This document shows, one piece after another, positions 1 to 9,476 of a DNA stretch of 47,564 nucleotides. Origin of the DNA: Salmonella phage IME207; the sequence record KX523699.2. One strand, written 5' to 3'. Each line of letters starts with the position of its first letter. The first letter of the stretch is position 1. The position numbers were made by a program, and so were the translations under genes. The notes beneath the pieces are model-generated. The model did no database searches and had not been told where the DNA came from. It saw only the letters and a program-made list of their open reading frames with translations.

Positions 1-444
1 ATGGCTAATCCAAACCCTGTCATGAAATTTTCCTCTGAGTACCAGCCTGCTAGCAGAGGATTAAGCTACAGAAACAGGCTTATTGAAGCATTAAAGCGAT
101 GCGGGCTTGGCGAGGAGGAGTTTCTTGATGCGTTCATCAGAACTTCAATCAGGATGACCGAGGAAAACCCGACTCAGGGTGTGCAAATGTTAAAGGAAAT
201 ATTCCTGCGTATCAGCCCGGTACAAAAGAGTATGGCACCTCCTGTTAATTTTAAATACCGCAAAGATGCTACTCCAGTTGAGCAGATAGAGGACGTCATT
301 CAATCTGTTTCCAGTGGTGAGCTTCCAATTGACGTGGCGTCTCAGGTTGTATCTATGATTAAGGTTGGTCTTGATGTGAAAGAATTAACCGAGCTAGCAG
401 CGCGCCTTGAGCGGCTGGAGAAATTACTGGAGCAGCAACAGTAA
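1..444 (+). CDS. putative terminase small subunit; ATG at nt 1, possibly complete
   Basis: 147-aa ORF immediately upstream of an HNH endonuclease and the large terminase, which is the canonical TerS position. Not recognised by motif, so the call rests on position only. Confidence 0.4.
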   Translation: MANPNPVMKFSSEYQPASRGLSYRNRLIEALKRCGLGEEEFLDAFIRTSIRMTEENPTQGVQMLKEIFLRISPVQKSMAPPVNFKYRKDATPVEQIEDVIQSVSSGELPIDVASQVVSMIKVGLDVKELTELAARLERLEKLLEQQQ

Positions 445-543
445 CTGATTTATAATAATCAATGCGGCTAGGGGGCACCCGAAAAGCGACTCATCACCGC
501 CTGCCGCATTCACTTCAATGATGCCCTGATGAGGAATCTATAT

Positions 544-1059
544 ATGCTTACGCAAGCAGAATTAAAACACATCCTTGATTACAATCCTGAAACCGGAATT
601 TTTACATGGAAAAACCCACACAAGCAGGGAAGGGCTAAACCCGGGAAGCCGGCAGGAACAATAAAATTATGCGGCTCCGTTGGTAGCAAGCGACCGTATC
701 ACTATATTCATTTTGGAAGAAAGTGGTATAGATCGCACAGGCTGGCTTGGCTTTACATGACTGGTAGTTGGCCTGAAAAAGAAATAGACCACATAAACAA
801 CAATACGCTTGATAATCGTTTTGTTAATCTGCGAGAGGCTGACCATCAGCAAAATGGTTACAACAAAAAGCTACAGGCAAACAACACATCAGGGGTTAAG
901 GGTGTGTATTGGGATAAATCAAGATGCAAGTGGATGGCAAGATTAAATATAAATGGCAGGATGGTTAACCTTGGCCTGTTCGCCAACATTGAAGATGCAG
1001 TCAAAAAGATAATGGAAGAAAGAGAGAAAAATCACGGGGAGTTTTGTAATCATGGCTAG
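544..1059 (+). CDS. HNH homing endonuclease (HNH_3 + AP2 DNA-binding domain)
   Basis: HNH motif EIDHINNNTLDNRFVNLREADHQQN. AP2-like GVKGVYWDKSRCKWMARLNINGRMVNLGLF. Internal ATG at 544 (MLTQAELK). Its stop overlaps the TerL start. Confidence 0.8.
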   Translation: MLTQAELKHILDYNPETGIFTWKNPHKQGRAKPGKPAGTIKLCGSVGSKRPYHYIHFGRKWYRSHRLAWLYMTGSWPEKEIDHINNNTLDNRFVNLREADHQQNGYNKKLQANNTSGVKGVYWDKSRCKWMARLNINGRMVNLGLFANIEDAVKKIMEEREKNHGEFCNHG

Positions 1060-2476
1060 AAAAAGACTCTCAAGTGTGGCAATCGAAAAACTTGAACAGG
1101 TAGTTGGCAACTCAACTGCAAAGCCTGAGTCTGCTGTGTTTGGCATTGTTGATAAACTTCTTGCTGATGGAACGCCTAATGTTATAAAGCGCCTGAAAAT
1201 GACAGCAACAGGTGTCTCGGAAACAAACGAAGAGCCAACAATTCTGATACCAAAGCGGATGGAGCTATTGCTTTACCCTCGTCGCTTCAAAGTGTTCTAT
1301 GGTGGTAGGGGAAGCGGAAAGACGGCTAACGTCGTGTCTTACCTGATAGAAAAGGCAAGATTCCGCAACAGCCGCGTCGGATGCTTCCGTGAGATACAGA
1401 ACTCAATCAAAGAATCAAGCTATGCCGAGCTGGTCGATGAGATAAACAGGAAGGGGCACACTCAGGAATATCGTTGCGTGGATGGCGAGATAACACACCA
1501 CACAACGAGATCAAAGTTTGTTTTTCGTGGCCTTTGGCGAAACATAACCGCAATCAAGGGCATGGCTGGCCTTACGGATGTCTTCTGTGAAGAATCCGAA
1601 AACATCAGTCAGGTGTCATGGGATACGCTTATCCCAACAGTCCGTGCGGCTGGCTCTGAAATTATCATTGTTTTTAACCCTAATAAAGAGACGGACCCAA
1701 CGTGGACTAACTTTGTTGAGCCTTACATCGACAAGATGGTTGATGGCATATATCAGGATGATGACATCGTTGTTGTTAATGTTAACTACGTCCACAACCC
1801 GTGGTTCACGGAAGAACTTAAACAGCACATGAACCAGATGAAGGCGGTGGATTATGATCGCTATCTGTGGGTGTATGAAGGGTTATTCAACAAGCGTTCC
1901 GAAGAGGCCGTGCTTGGCGGAAAATGGCAAACGCTGGACTTCGAGCCATCTCCAGAATGGGGAGGTCCATATTATGGCATTGACTTTGGTTTTTCTCAGG
2001 ATGCAACCGCAGCAACAGAATCATATGTAGAAGATTTGGGAGATGGGCGCAGAAATCTATATATCTATCGTGACTTTGCAAAGGTTGGCCTTGAGATAAC
2101 TGACACGCCAGAAGCGATGCGCTCAGCATTCCCAAATTCAGAGAAGTACAGATGGTATGGGGATTGCGCAAGGCCTGAAACAATAAGCCATATACGCCGA
2201 TCTGGATTCGATATTCATCCGTGCGCAAAATGGCCTGGGAGCATTGAGGACGGGATTACGTGGCTTCGTGGGTGCGACAGGATTTACGTACACTCAAGAT
2301 GTAAACACGTCATTGAAGAGATGACAATGTATAGCTATAAGGTTGATAAGTTAACAGGTAACATACTCCCTGACATAGTTGATAAATACAATCACGCGAT
2401 TGATAGTTTACGCTATGGACTTGGAGACCACATCGTCCAGCGCGGTAGCGGGATGCTAATCCGGCGCAGGAGATAA
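1052..2476 (+). CDS. terL: terminase large subunit
   Basis: 474 aa. Walker A FYGGRGSGKT. A C-terminal nuclease domain is inferred from length and position, not from a recognised motif. Confidence 0.9.
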   Translation: MARKRLSSVAIEKLEQVVGNSTAKPESAVFGIVDKLLADGTPNVIKRLKMTATGVSETNEEPTILIPKRMELLLYPRRFKVFYGGRGSGKTANVVSYLIEKARFRNSRVGCFREIQNSIKESSYAELVDEINRKGHTQEYRCVDGEITHHTTRSKFVFRGLWRNITAIKGMAGLTDVFCEESENISQVSWDTLIPTVRAAGSEIIIVFNPNKETDPTWTNFVEPYIDKMVDGIYQDDDIVVVNVNYVHNPWFTEELKQHMNQMKAVDYDRYLWVYEGLFNKRSEEAVLGGKWQTLDFEPSPEWGGPYYGIDFGFSQDATAATESYVEDLGDGRRNLYIYRDFAKVGLEITDTPEAMRSAFPNSEKYRWYGDCARPETISHIRRSGFDIHPCAKWPGSIEDGITWLRGCDRIYVHSRCKHVIEEMTMYSYKVDKLTGNILPDIVDKYNHAIDSLRYGLGDHIVQRGSGMLIRRRR

Positions 2477-2552
2477 ATCTGCATCACCACACTTGACCAA
2501 TCTACACCGAGCGCATAGTATAATCTACATCAGGTTTATCGGAGATATAACT

Positions 2553-2759
2553 ATGCGCAGCTATGCAGGATTCACACAGGAGGAAAAAGAGCAGGTTTAT
2601 TCACTGGCACGGGCTGGTGTGCCTGATGAGGTGATTTGCCGTCGATATGACATCGACGAGGATTTCCTGCTGCGCGTTCTGGATGATGTTTTCGTTAACC
2701 TGCAAGAGAAACGCGGGTACAAGGGCATCTGCTGCAAGAATGATTTTTTGAGAGGGTGA
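2553..2759 (+). CDS. hypothetical protein
   Basis: Internal ATG with GGAG RBS 9 nt upstream. Lies downstream of a TTGACC promoter-like region carrying two AATCTACA motifs. Confidence 0.35.
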   Translation: MRSYAGFTQEEKEQVYSLARAGVPDEVICRRYDIDEDFLLRVLDDVFVNLQEKRGYKGICCKNDFLRG

Positions 2760-2965
2760 TTATGAGAGATTTTGTAAGAGATTTCCTGTTCATTGGCATC
2801 AAGTACTCCATTGCACTGGCGATTGCTTTCCCGTTTATCTGGTTGATTAGATGGGAAGCTCCAAGTATTGATGAAATTCTAAACTGGCAGGTTTTCAGGC
2901 TTGTTATCGGATTGTGGGTTATTTCAGCCATTGCCTCATGGTGGATTAATCATGTTCGGAAATAA
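2756..2965 (+). CDS. hypothetical membrane protein
   Basis: 69 aa with two hydrophobic segments. ATGA-type overlap with the upstream gene. Confidence 0.4.
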   Translation: MIMRDFVRDFLFIGIKYSIALAIAFPFIWLIRWEAPSIDEILNWQVFRLVIGLWVISAIASWWINHVRK

Positions 2966-3320
2966 ACTAAAGAAAATAATACGCGATGCTGCGGATAAGA
3001 AATACACCAAAAAGATTGACATCTCATTCATTGATGGCGCTGGCCTGTACAATCACGCCTGCCACCTGAATGCAGTAAACCGCGCACGGGATGGGAGTTC
3101 GTGCGCAGTGGTTGAGGTTGTGGTGATTGATGATAAGCCAGTGACTGCACATTACATCAATATGCAGGCTGACGGTACATACATTGATTACACGCTTGGC
3201 TGGCACTGGTCTGGTGCAGATTACCGATTCGTGCGATTTGTTCCGTTTACCGAATGGTCTGATATTACAGGTTCGTTAAGCAGACTGAAGTCTGAACTAT
3301 GTAAGCCAGTGGCTAAATAG
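2952..3320 (+). CDS. hypothetical protein
   Basis: ORF 2901-3320, with a likely internal ATG at 2952. Confidence 0.4.
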   Translation: MFGNKLKKIIRDAADKKYTKKIDISFIDGAGLYNHACHLNAVNRARDGSSCAVVEVVVIDDKPVTAHYINMQADGTYIDYTLGWHWSGADYRFVRFVPFTEWSDITGSLSRLKSELCKPVAK

Positions 3321-3367
3321 CAGAAGTTGTTAATGGTGACTGATGGTGAACTTTGTTGAGGTGAGTG

Positions 3368-3535
3368 ATGAAAATTGAAGAAACAGTTAACTGTATGGCA
3401 ATCAATGTGTTCACGGATTACGACACCATTTGTGTGCAGGATTTTGCTGGTGATTATGTCAGGTTTGATAAACATCAGGCCGCACAACTAATCGAAGTCC
3501 TGCAACGCTGGGTAAATGGTGAGGAGATTGAGTGA
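3368..3535 (+). CDS. hypothetical protein (55 aa)
   Basis: GAGGTGAG RBS. Stop overlaps the next start (GTGATGA). Confidence 0.3.
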   Translation: MKIEETVNCMAINVFTDYDTICVQDFAGDYVRFDKHQAAQLIEVLQRWVNGEEIE

Positions 3536-3723
3536 TGAGCGTTTATTTTATTCATGCTGAAGTCTTTGTTAATAATGACTGTGCGGCAGAAAAGTTAAGT
3601 GGAGTGGTGGTTGCCACCAACGCAGTTGATGCTCTAGAGAATTTCTGGCGTGATGATATGGTGTCATCTTTAACATCTCAAGGCATCAAAGTAGTAATCG
3701 ACAAATTCGAAAAGGTGGAGTGA
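3535..3723 (+). CDS. hypothetical protein
   Basis: Translationally coupled ORF. Confidence 0.4.
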   Translation: MSVYFIHAEVFVNNDCAAEKLSGVVVATNAVDALENFWRDDMVSSLTSQGIKVVIDKFEKVE

Positions 3724-3971
3724 TGGCAGCTACGATTCTTACTCTTATCGTTACGGCGTTCTTTGTTTATATCCTGATAAGAAATCAGCTTGTTTATATC
3801 GCCCGTGGGAGATTTATAGACTACTTCTATACAGAAGACCCTGATGGTTATTCATCCGGGATGGTGTTTCATGAGGCGCTACCAAGCTACGATGAGATGC
3901 TGTGGAAATTCTGGGTGTGGCCTCTATCAAAATTCTATCCGGCCTACAGAAATCGAAATAGCAATAAGTGA
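3720..3971 (+). CDS. hypothetical membrane protein
   Basis: N-terminal TM helix. ATGA overlap with the upstream ORF. Confidence 0.4.
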   Translation: MMAATILTLIVTAFFVYILIRNQLVYIARGRFIDYFYTEDPDGYSSGMVFHEALPSYDEMLWKFWVWPLSKFYPAYRNRNSNK

Positions 3972-3981
3972 CCATGCTATA

Positions 3982-4009
3982 ATCCCTCCATCGTGAGGGA
4001 TTTTTTATT
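3982..4009 (+). terminator. rho-independent terminator
   Basis: ATCCCTC-catcgtg-AGGGAT stem-loop followed by TTTTTTATT. Confidence 0.6.
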
Positions 4010-4017
4010 GGTGACAT

Positions 4018-5430
4018 ATGTCAAAAGTTGATGCATTAAACGCCTATATACGCGACCGCGTAGCGAACAATAACCGGGCGCTTCAGCAACAAAGGCTTTG
4101 TGCTGGCGGGAAGAACCTTGACCAGAAGCACGACAGGCTTTGGCAGGAATGCGGCTACCCACAGGAAATCACCGCCGAGATGTTCCGCTATGCATACGAG
4201 CGACATCCAGCCGCCGCCGCTGGTATTAACCGCATTATTAATAAATGTTGGCAGAAATACCCTGAAGTGGTCGAAGATGGCGAGGATGATAAGAACTCAA
4301 CGCCGTGGGAGTTGTCCATCAACGACATGATGAAGCGCGCCTATCCGTTCATCAAAGAGGCTGACAAGCGCAACGCCATCAACCGCTATTCCGCTGTTAT
4401 CCTGCAAATCCGTGACGGAAAGCAGTGGAGTGAGCCGGTAGACGTCACCAAAACCCGCCGCATTAAAGATAAATCCATCGTCCGCTTTATTCCGGTGTGG
4501 GAAGAGCAGCTACGCGTCAGCGCATGGAATAATGACGAAACCAGCGAAGACTACGGCATGCCTGAGCTGTACGAATATCAGGAAAGCGCCGTGGAGGATT
4601 TCGACAGCGATGGCAAACCTGAGCGTTCCGTACAGATTCATCCTGACCGCATCATTATTCTGGCTGAGGGTAGTTTTGACGGTAGTATGTTCAGTGGCAT
4701 CCCGATGCTGCGTGCTGGATACAACAGCCTTATCGACATGGCTAAAGTTTCCGGTAGTTCTGCGGAAGGCTTCCTGAAGAATGCAAGCCGCCAACTGGCT
4801 GTTAACTACACGAAGGATAACGTAACGCCAGCAAGCCTCGCGCAGTCGATGGGCGTCGATATTGAAGAACTCACCGACATCATGAATGAGAACATTGAGG
4901 CGTTGAACTCCGGGATTGACGCAGCTATGTTCACAATGGGGGCGGATGCAAAGGTTCTCGCTGTGACGCCAGCCGACCCGAAGCCAACATGGGAAGTTGC
5001 TGCCAATCAGTTCGCTGCATCAATGGCGCTTCCGTTCACCGTCATTTTTGGTCAGCAGACCGGACGCCTTGCGAGCGATGAAGACAAGATGCAGGAGGCG
5101 ATGACCGCCAAGCAGCGCCGTGAAACGTGGGTTGATTATGTCATCTCAATGTTCGTTGAGCGCATGATTCAGTTCGGCATTGTCGATAAGGCACCGGCAA
5201 ACGGCTACAAAGTTAAATGGGATGACCTACTTGCCCCATCAGAACTGGATAAAGCCGAGTTGCTGGCTAAGCTCGCCACTGCGAATAAATCCTTCTTTGA
5301 CGCTGGTCAATCTGCGTTGCTGACCGTCGATGAGGCTCGCGGCATGGTTGGTATGGAGCCGATTGAACTCGACGAAAGCTATCGCGAAGACGCACCACCG
5401 GAAGACGAAAATGAAGATACTCCGGTTTAA
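4018..5430 (+). CDS. portal protein
   Basis: 470 aa with acidic C-terminus. Sits between TerL and the head morphogenesis gene. Confidence 0.75.
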   Translation: MSKVDALNAYIRDRVANNNRALQQQRLCAGGKNLDQKHDRLWQECGYPQEITAEMFRYAYERHPAAAAGINRIINKCWQKYPEVVEDGEDDKNSTPWELSINDMMKRAYPFIKEADKRNAINRYSAVILQIRDGKQWSEPVDVTKTRRIKDKSIVRFIPVWEEQLRVSAWNNDETSEDYGMPELYEYQESAVEDFDSDGKPERSVQIHPDRIIILAEGSFDGSMFSGIPMLRAGYNSLIDMAKVSGSSAEGFLKNASRQLAVNYTKDNVTPASLAQSMGVDIEELTDIMNENIEALNSGIDAAMFTMGADAKVLAVTPADPKPTWEVAANQFAASMALPFTVIFGQQTGRLASDEDKMQEAMTAKQRRETWVDYVISMFVERMIQFGIVDKAPANGYKVKWDDLLAPSELDKAELLAKLATANKSFFDAGQSALLTVDEARGMVGMEPIELDESYREDAPPEDENEDTPV

Positions 5431-6358
5431 CGCCAGACTTCCGCAGCCGCGCATTTCTCAAAGTCTCAGCGACCCGTTAGGCGCTGCGGCTCGCCTGTCG
5501 AAGATGGGCAAGGTGATAACGCGCAAATACAAACAGCTCAGGACTCGTTCGCTTGAGTTGTTTCGCACCATTCCGAGCAGTCAGGCTAACGCAGAATCAA
5601 GCGGTCTGTATTTCTATGATTTCAGTAGTGCGCGTGCTGCTACGTTCATGGATGAGCTACAAGCGCTGATTGACGAGATTCTGCTGGAAGGTGATGATTT
5701 CGGTCACAGTAGGATGTGGGCTAATGTGTTCATCGGTGATGCATATCAGGCCGGAACGCAGAAGGCCAACTCAGAACTATCAAGCCTGTCTCCGGTTTAC
5801 GCCGAGCAGAGACCGATTGCTGCAATACTCTACAGTGAGCCTTATCTGAATCGACTGCAACTGGCTTACACGCAAGGATACTCTGACTGGCGCGGATTGA
5901 GTGATTACTCACGTCAGCAACTGGCATCCGTTATTATGGAAGGCATTGCCAGGGGTGCTAATCCTCGCGATGTTGAAGCTGATATCGTTAAGCGCGTTGA
6001 CGTGTCTCACAGCTACGCGAAACAGTTAGCGCAGACAGAAATCACCGGAACACTGCGACAAGCTAACAGGCAGGAAGTCATTGAAGCGCGCGAGGAGTTA
6101 GGAATTGAAACGGTGATGCTGTGGCAATCGGCGCTGATGAAATCAACTAGGGCTTGGCATGCGTCACGGCATGGCAAGTTCTATACACCGGAAGAGATTG
6201 ACACGTTCTATAGTGAAGTCGCCAACCGAAGGAATTGTCATTGCGCACAAACTCCTGCGTTATTAATGGATGGCAAGCCAGTTATTCTCGAATCGTCGCA
6301 GGAGAGGCTTGATAAGCAGCGCGAGGCATGGCAGTCAGCCAATAAAAAAGCCACCTGA
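5411..6358 (+). CDS. head morphogenesis protein (Mu F / SPP1 gp7 family)
   Basis: ATG at 5411 overlaps the portal end. Long head-morphogenesis-like ORF immediately downstream of portal. Confidence 0.7.
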   Translation: MKILRFNARLPQPRISQSLSDPLGAAARLSKMGKVITRKYKQLRTRSLELFRTIPSSQANAESSGLYFYDFSSARAATFMDELQALIDEILLEGDDFGHSRMWANVFIGDAYQAGTQKANSELSSLSPVYAEQRPIAAILYSEPYLNRLQLAYTQGYSDWRGLSDYSRQQLASVIMEGIARGANPRDVEADIVKRVDVSHSYAKQLAQTEITGTLRQANRQEVIEAREELGIETVMLWQSALMKSTRAWHASRHGKFYTPEEIDTFYSEVANRRNCHCAQTPALLMDGKPVILESSQERLDKQREAWQSANKKAT

Positions 6359-6390
6359 TGGTGGCTTCTGCTTATTTCTTCTTAATGAAT
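6345..6390. terminator. bidirectional rho-independent terminator between convergent genes
   Basis: AAAAAAGCCACC-tgat-GGTGGCTT followed by a T-rich run. Confidence 0.6.
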
Positions 6391-6492
6391 CCTCCGCATC
6401 CACACATTGGACACATCGTGTATCTTATTCCTTTCTTTTCAACCCTATCAAGATGATGATGTACGTACTTGCACGCTACACAGATAATCATA

Positions 6493-7092
6493 TCAATCCT
6501 CCAGTTTCACGCCGGGAATTTTGCCTGCTGCAATAGCGTCGTAAATTTTCTTTGCGTGATAAAACTCATTTGGTGTGTCTGGGATACATTCAGGCATATA
6601 CCAGTCAATAGCCTCAATCGCAGCATTACGCTTCCTTTCTGCTTCTGAATGGGAAGGCCGCAGGAATCTAGCTTCAAAACAACCAAGTCCGTAGCTCATG
6701 CGAATAACTGCGGTATTCTCGACATGAGCAATCACCTCTCCACTTTCACCTTGACCGTACATTAACACTCCCTTAGGGTCTACAATTTCGCAGTGCATTC
6801 CAACTGGCGGCAGACCTTTGCTGTTCCATACTGGCTTTTGAGATTCAGCGAGCGCGGATTCATATTGCTTGCGAGATATTGACTGAAGACAATCGCTTCC
6901 AGATGCCTCCTCGTAAATGCAATTCTTGGCGAAGTCTTTGCCGTACTTTAGATAGCAATCATCATCCCAATTGCCTGTTTCGTCATAGAAATCTATGCTG
7001 TTTGTCCCATAATGGCGGCAGCACTCAATAGCCCCATCAGGCCAACCACCATGCTTAGGCAATTCTTTAACTAATAGGTCGATAAGTTTCAT
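6493..7092 (-). CDS. hypothetical protein, accessory cassette gene 3
   Basis: 199 aa. First-listed (distal) gene of a coupled antisense operon inside the structural module. No recognisable domain. Confidence 0.5.
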   Translation of the reverse strand: MKLIDLLVKELPKHGGWPDGAIECCRHYGTNSIDFYDETGNWDDDCYLKYGKDFAKNCIYEEASGSDCLQSISRKQYESALAESQKPVWNSKGLPPVGMHCEIVDPKGVLMYGQGESGEVIAHVENTAVIRMSYGLGCFEARFLRPSHSEAERKRNAAIEAIDWYMPECIPDTPNEFYHAKKIYDAIAAGKIPGVKLED

Positions 7093-7298
7093 TTTGTTTC
7101 CTCCACAAACTCAAATTTTGATTCGAATTCCTTCCTGCTAACACAATATTCTAGATAGGATTCATTTAATTTTATCAATGGGTAGTCAGCAATCAGGACG
7201 CTGTTTAACCCTGCGGCGGTCACAATGAATCTTGCGCCCTCATTCCAATAGTGATGGCTCTTGTAAATTCCACCAACGCTAACATTTTTGTTGCTCAT
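7089..7298 (-). CDS. hypothetical protein
   Basis: 4-nt overlap coupling with neighbours. Confidence 0.45.
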   Translation of the reverse strand: MSNKNVSVGGIYKSHHYWNEGARFIVTAAGLNSVLIADYPLIKLNESYLEYCVSRKEFESKFEFVEETK

Positions 7299-7594
7299 TT
7301 TGTTTCTCCCAACGCCTTATTAACCGCCGCACGAGCATTATCCAGAGCGCGACGCTTGCTTGATGTTGTCCAGACTTTACCTGATTGGTCGTCGTAGATT
7401 TCCAGCAGTTGCTGGAGTGCCGATAGTAGCTCTGGCGATGATGCGATTAATTTTGCGTTTGCATGTTGAGCTTCCGCATCCGTGTTGTAACGAGTTACCC
7501 TTGCTACTGCTATATTGTCATTGCTATCTGTAACCCAATCCGGCTCTTCAGCACAGTAATTCCACGGTCCTCGCGTACCTTTAAATTCTTTCAT
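7295..7594 (-). CDS. hypothetical protein
   Basis: ATG (MKEFKG) preceded by GAGG RBS. The ORF track's GTG start lies 12 nt upstream. Confidence 0.45.
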   Translation of the reverse strand: MKEFKGTRGPWNYCAEEPDWVTDSNDNIAVARVTRYNTDAEAQHANAKLIASSPELLSALQQLLEIYDDQSGKVWTTSSKRRALDNARAAVNKALGETK

Positions 7595-7602
7595 CACTAA
7601 CC

Positions 7603-7746
7603 TCACTTAATATATTCAACAATCTCACATTCACGCATCTGCACCAGACCAAATGGTGCAATCACTTTACCGCACGGGCGGATTTTGATTTGCTCAAGGT
7701 TGAACACTCCGCACCGTCCATTTTCTTTGAATTTGACCATTACCAT
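7603..7746 (-). CDS. hypothetical small protein (47 aa)
   Basis: Below the ORF-track cutoff. Translated by hand as MVMVKFKENGRCGVFNLEQIKIRPCGKVIAPFGLVQMRECEIVEYIK. It would be the first gene of the antisense cassette. Confidence 0.25.
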   Translation of the reverse strand: MVMVKFKENGRCGVFNLEQIKIRPCGKVIAPFGLVQMRECEIVEYIK

Positions 7747-7760
7747 GATTTCTTCCTCGC

Positions 7761-7830
7761 TCTACATTTGATGTAGATACTATGCACCACCACTCAATCT
7801 ACGTCAATAGTCATTGTGATAGAATTAATC
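7761..7830 (+). promoter_or_regulatory. divergent promoter region with palindrome and AATCTACGTCA motif
   Basis: Palindrome TCTACATTTGATGTAGA at 7761-7777. AATCTACGTCA at 7796-7806. Extended -10 TGATAGAAT at 7817-7825. CAGGAGG RBS precedes the ATG at 7852. Confidence 0.45.
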
Positions 7831-7851
7831 ATTATTTGAACAGGAGGCAGA

Positions 7852-8130
7852 ATGAAACTATCGCAACGCGGCAAAGAGACGCTTGGAGTCACAGATGCCG
7901 TGGATATATCGCATTACATCACAACCGAGACAACACAGAATCAGTTTGACGCACTGACAAGCCTCGCCACCGACATTGGTATTGACACTTTCCGCAAATC
8001 AACGCTTCTGAAGAAACACAACCTTCGCTGCTTCTCATGTGCTGTTGCGCATTTCATCGTGTGGGGTGAGAAGACTGGCAATAAAGCAAAACGCAATGCT
8101 GAAAAAGAGGTTTACTGGTATGGCTATTAG
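7852..8130 (+). CDS. hypothetical protein, first gene of lysis cassette
   Basis: 92 aa. Its stop overlaps the endolysin start. No TM segments, so not an obvious holin. Confidence 0.4.
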   Translation: MKLSQRGKETLGVTDAVDISHYITTETTQNQFDALTSLATDIGIDTFRKSTLLKKHNLRCFSCAVAHFIVWGEKTGNKAKRNAEKEVYWYGY

Positions 8131-8584
8131 CAAAAACATGAGGGCGTTTCTGGATATGCTGGCGTACAGCGAAGGCACGGATAACGGGCGGCAGAAAACC
8201 AATAACCATGGCTATGATGTGATTGTTGGTGGCTCGTTATTTACTGACTACTCCGACCACCCGCGCAAGCTGATTAGCCTGCCGAAGCTGGGAATCAAAT
8301 CCACTGCCGCAGGGCGCTATCAGGTGCTGGCTAAGTTTTATGATGCATACAAAAAGCAACTGCGCCTGCCAGACTTCTCTCCCGCATCGCAGGACGCCAT
8401 TGCAATGCAGCTAATCCGTGAATGCAAAGCCACTGCCGATATTGAGGCTGGTCGCATTGCTGATGCCATTCATAAATGCCGCTCCCGTTGGGCCTCGCTG
8501 CCGGGAGCTGGTTATGGTCAGCATGAGCAGAAACTGGATAAGCTGATTCAGGTATACAAGGATGCTGGCGGAGTCGTGGCATGA
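8120..8584 (+). CDS. R: endolysin, lambda R-like lytic transglycosylase
   Basis: Close match to lambda R: AFLDMLAYSEGTDNGRQKTNNHGYDVIVGG...WASLPGAGYGQ. AAAGAGG RBS sits before the ATG at 8120. Confidence 0.85.
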   Translation: MAISKNMRAFLDMLAYSEGTDNGRQKTNNHGYDVIVGGSLFTDYSDHPRKLISLPKLGIKSTAAGRYQVLAKFYDAYKKQLRLPDFSPASQDAIAMQLIRECKATADIEAGRIADAIHKCRSRWASLPGAGYGQHEQKLDKLIQVYKDAGGVVA

Positions 8585-8811
8585 AAAAGCTAAGCAACTG
8601 GCTGCTCGGGGTATGGATTTCATTCTGCTCACTATTGCAGCTATGGCCAGATGCAATGATGCATGTGTGGGTAATGATGCCGGATGACCTGAAAGCGGCG
8701 CTACCGCCAATCGTGGTTAAAGGTGTGAGCTACTCCATCATGCTGGTTGGCATCCTCGGCAAGATGAACGGCATGAGGAAGGAAAACCGGAGGCTGCGCA
8801 ATGATAAATAA
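8581..8811 (+). CDS. putative holin (two TM segments)
   Basis: 76 aa with two hydrophobic helices and a charged C-terminus. ATGA overlap with the endolysin. Confidence 0.5.
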   Translation: MKKLSNWLLGVWISFCSLLQLWPDAMMHVWVMMPDDLKAALPPIVVKGVSYSIMLVGILGKMNGMRKENRRLRNDK

Positions 8812-9007
8812 TGCATGGATTGCACTCGCCTCCGACTTCATACCAGATGGCATCAAGAGTCACCAGTGGAGAATGTGGGAGTACAGAACGCTTTATCTTG
8901 GTATCAGGAAAAAATACGGCATCCAATGGTCATATGAACTGATACGTATATTTCTTGATAACTATCAGTTATTTCAGAGGCTGCGCAATGATGTCGATTC
9001 TCGCTAA
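8801..9007 (+). CDS. hypothetical protein
   Basis: 68-aa ORF overlapping the holin stop and the Rz start. It may instead be the N-terminus of a longer Rz. Confidence 0.25.
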   Translation: MINNAWIALASDFIPDGIKSHQWRMWEYRTLYLGIRKKYGIQWSYELIRIFLDNYQLFQRLRNDVDSR

Positions 9008-9470
9008 ATGCTGGCGACCACTGGCAATTATTATAATTGTTGCTGCTGGAGCGCTGTGGGCGCGTAGCGAAATCATCAGCTATGGCGACCAGCGATACGC
9101 AGAAGGCAGAGCTCAAGCAATCGCAGAGCAGAAGGCCGCAGACGAACAAGAGGAGCAACGACGCAATGCAGAACTGCAAAAGATTCAGGCCGACGCACAG
9201 CAAAGGATTGATGCTGCGCGCAATGATGCCGTTAATGCTGCTGCTAAGTCTGGCAGGTTGCAGCAACAACTCGCAAATATCCGCAAGCAGCTTGTCGGAT
9301 ATTCCACCTCTGAGTCCATTGGCAACCCAGCCGCAGATGCCGGAGTTTTGCTTGGAGACGTGCTCAGCAAATCTGTCGAAAGAAATAGACAACTGGCAGA
9401 TTACGCTGACAGGGCAAGAGAAGCAGGACTAGCGTGCCAGAAGCAATACGAATCACTGACAAGGAGATAA
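8988..9470 (+). CDS. Rz: i-spanin (Rz-like)
   Basis: N-terminal TM (LAIIIIVAAGALW), a long Ala/Gln-rich coiled coil, and a C-terminal Cys. Confidence 0.7.
   Translation: MMSILAKCWRPLAIIIIVAAGALWARSEIISYGDQRYAEGRAQAIAEQKAADEQEEQRRNAELQKIQADAQQRIDAARNDAVNAAAKSGRLQQQLANIRKQLVGYSTSESIGNPAADAGVLLGDVLSKSVERNRQLADYADRAREAGLACQKQYESLTRR
9211..9432 (+). CDS. Rz1: o-spanin lipoprotein (Rz1-like), embedded in the +1 frame of Rz
   Basis: MLRAMMPLMLLLSLAGCSNN carries the lipobox LAGC. Pro-rich mature region. AAAGGA RBS. Confidence 0.7.
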   Translation: MLRAMMPLMLLLSLAGCSNNSQISASSLSDIPPLSPLATQPQMPEFCLETCSANLSKEIDNWQITLTGQEKQD

Positions 9471-9476
9471 AAATAA

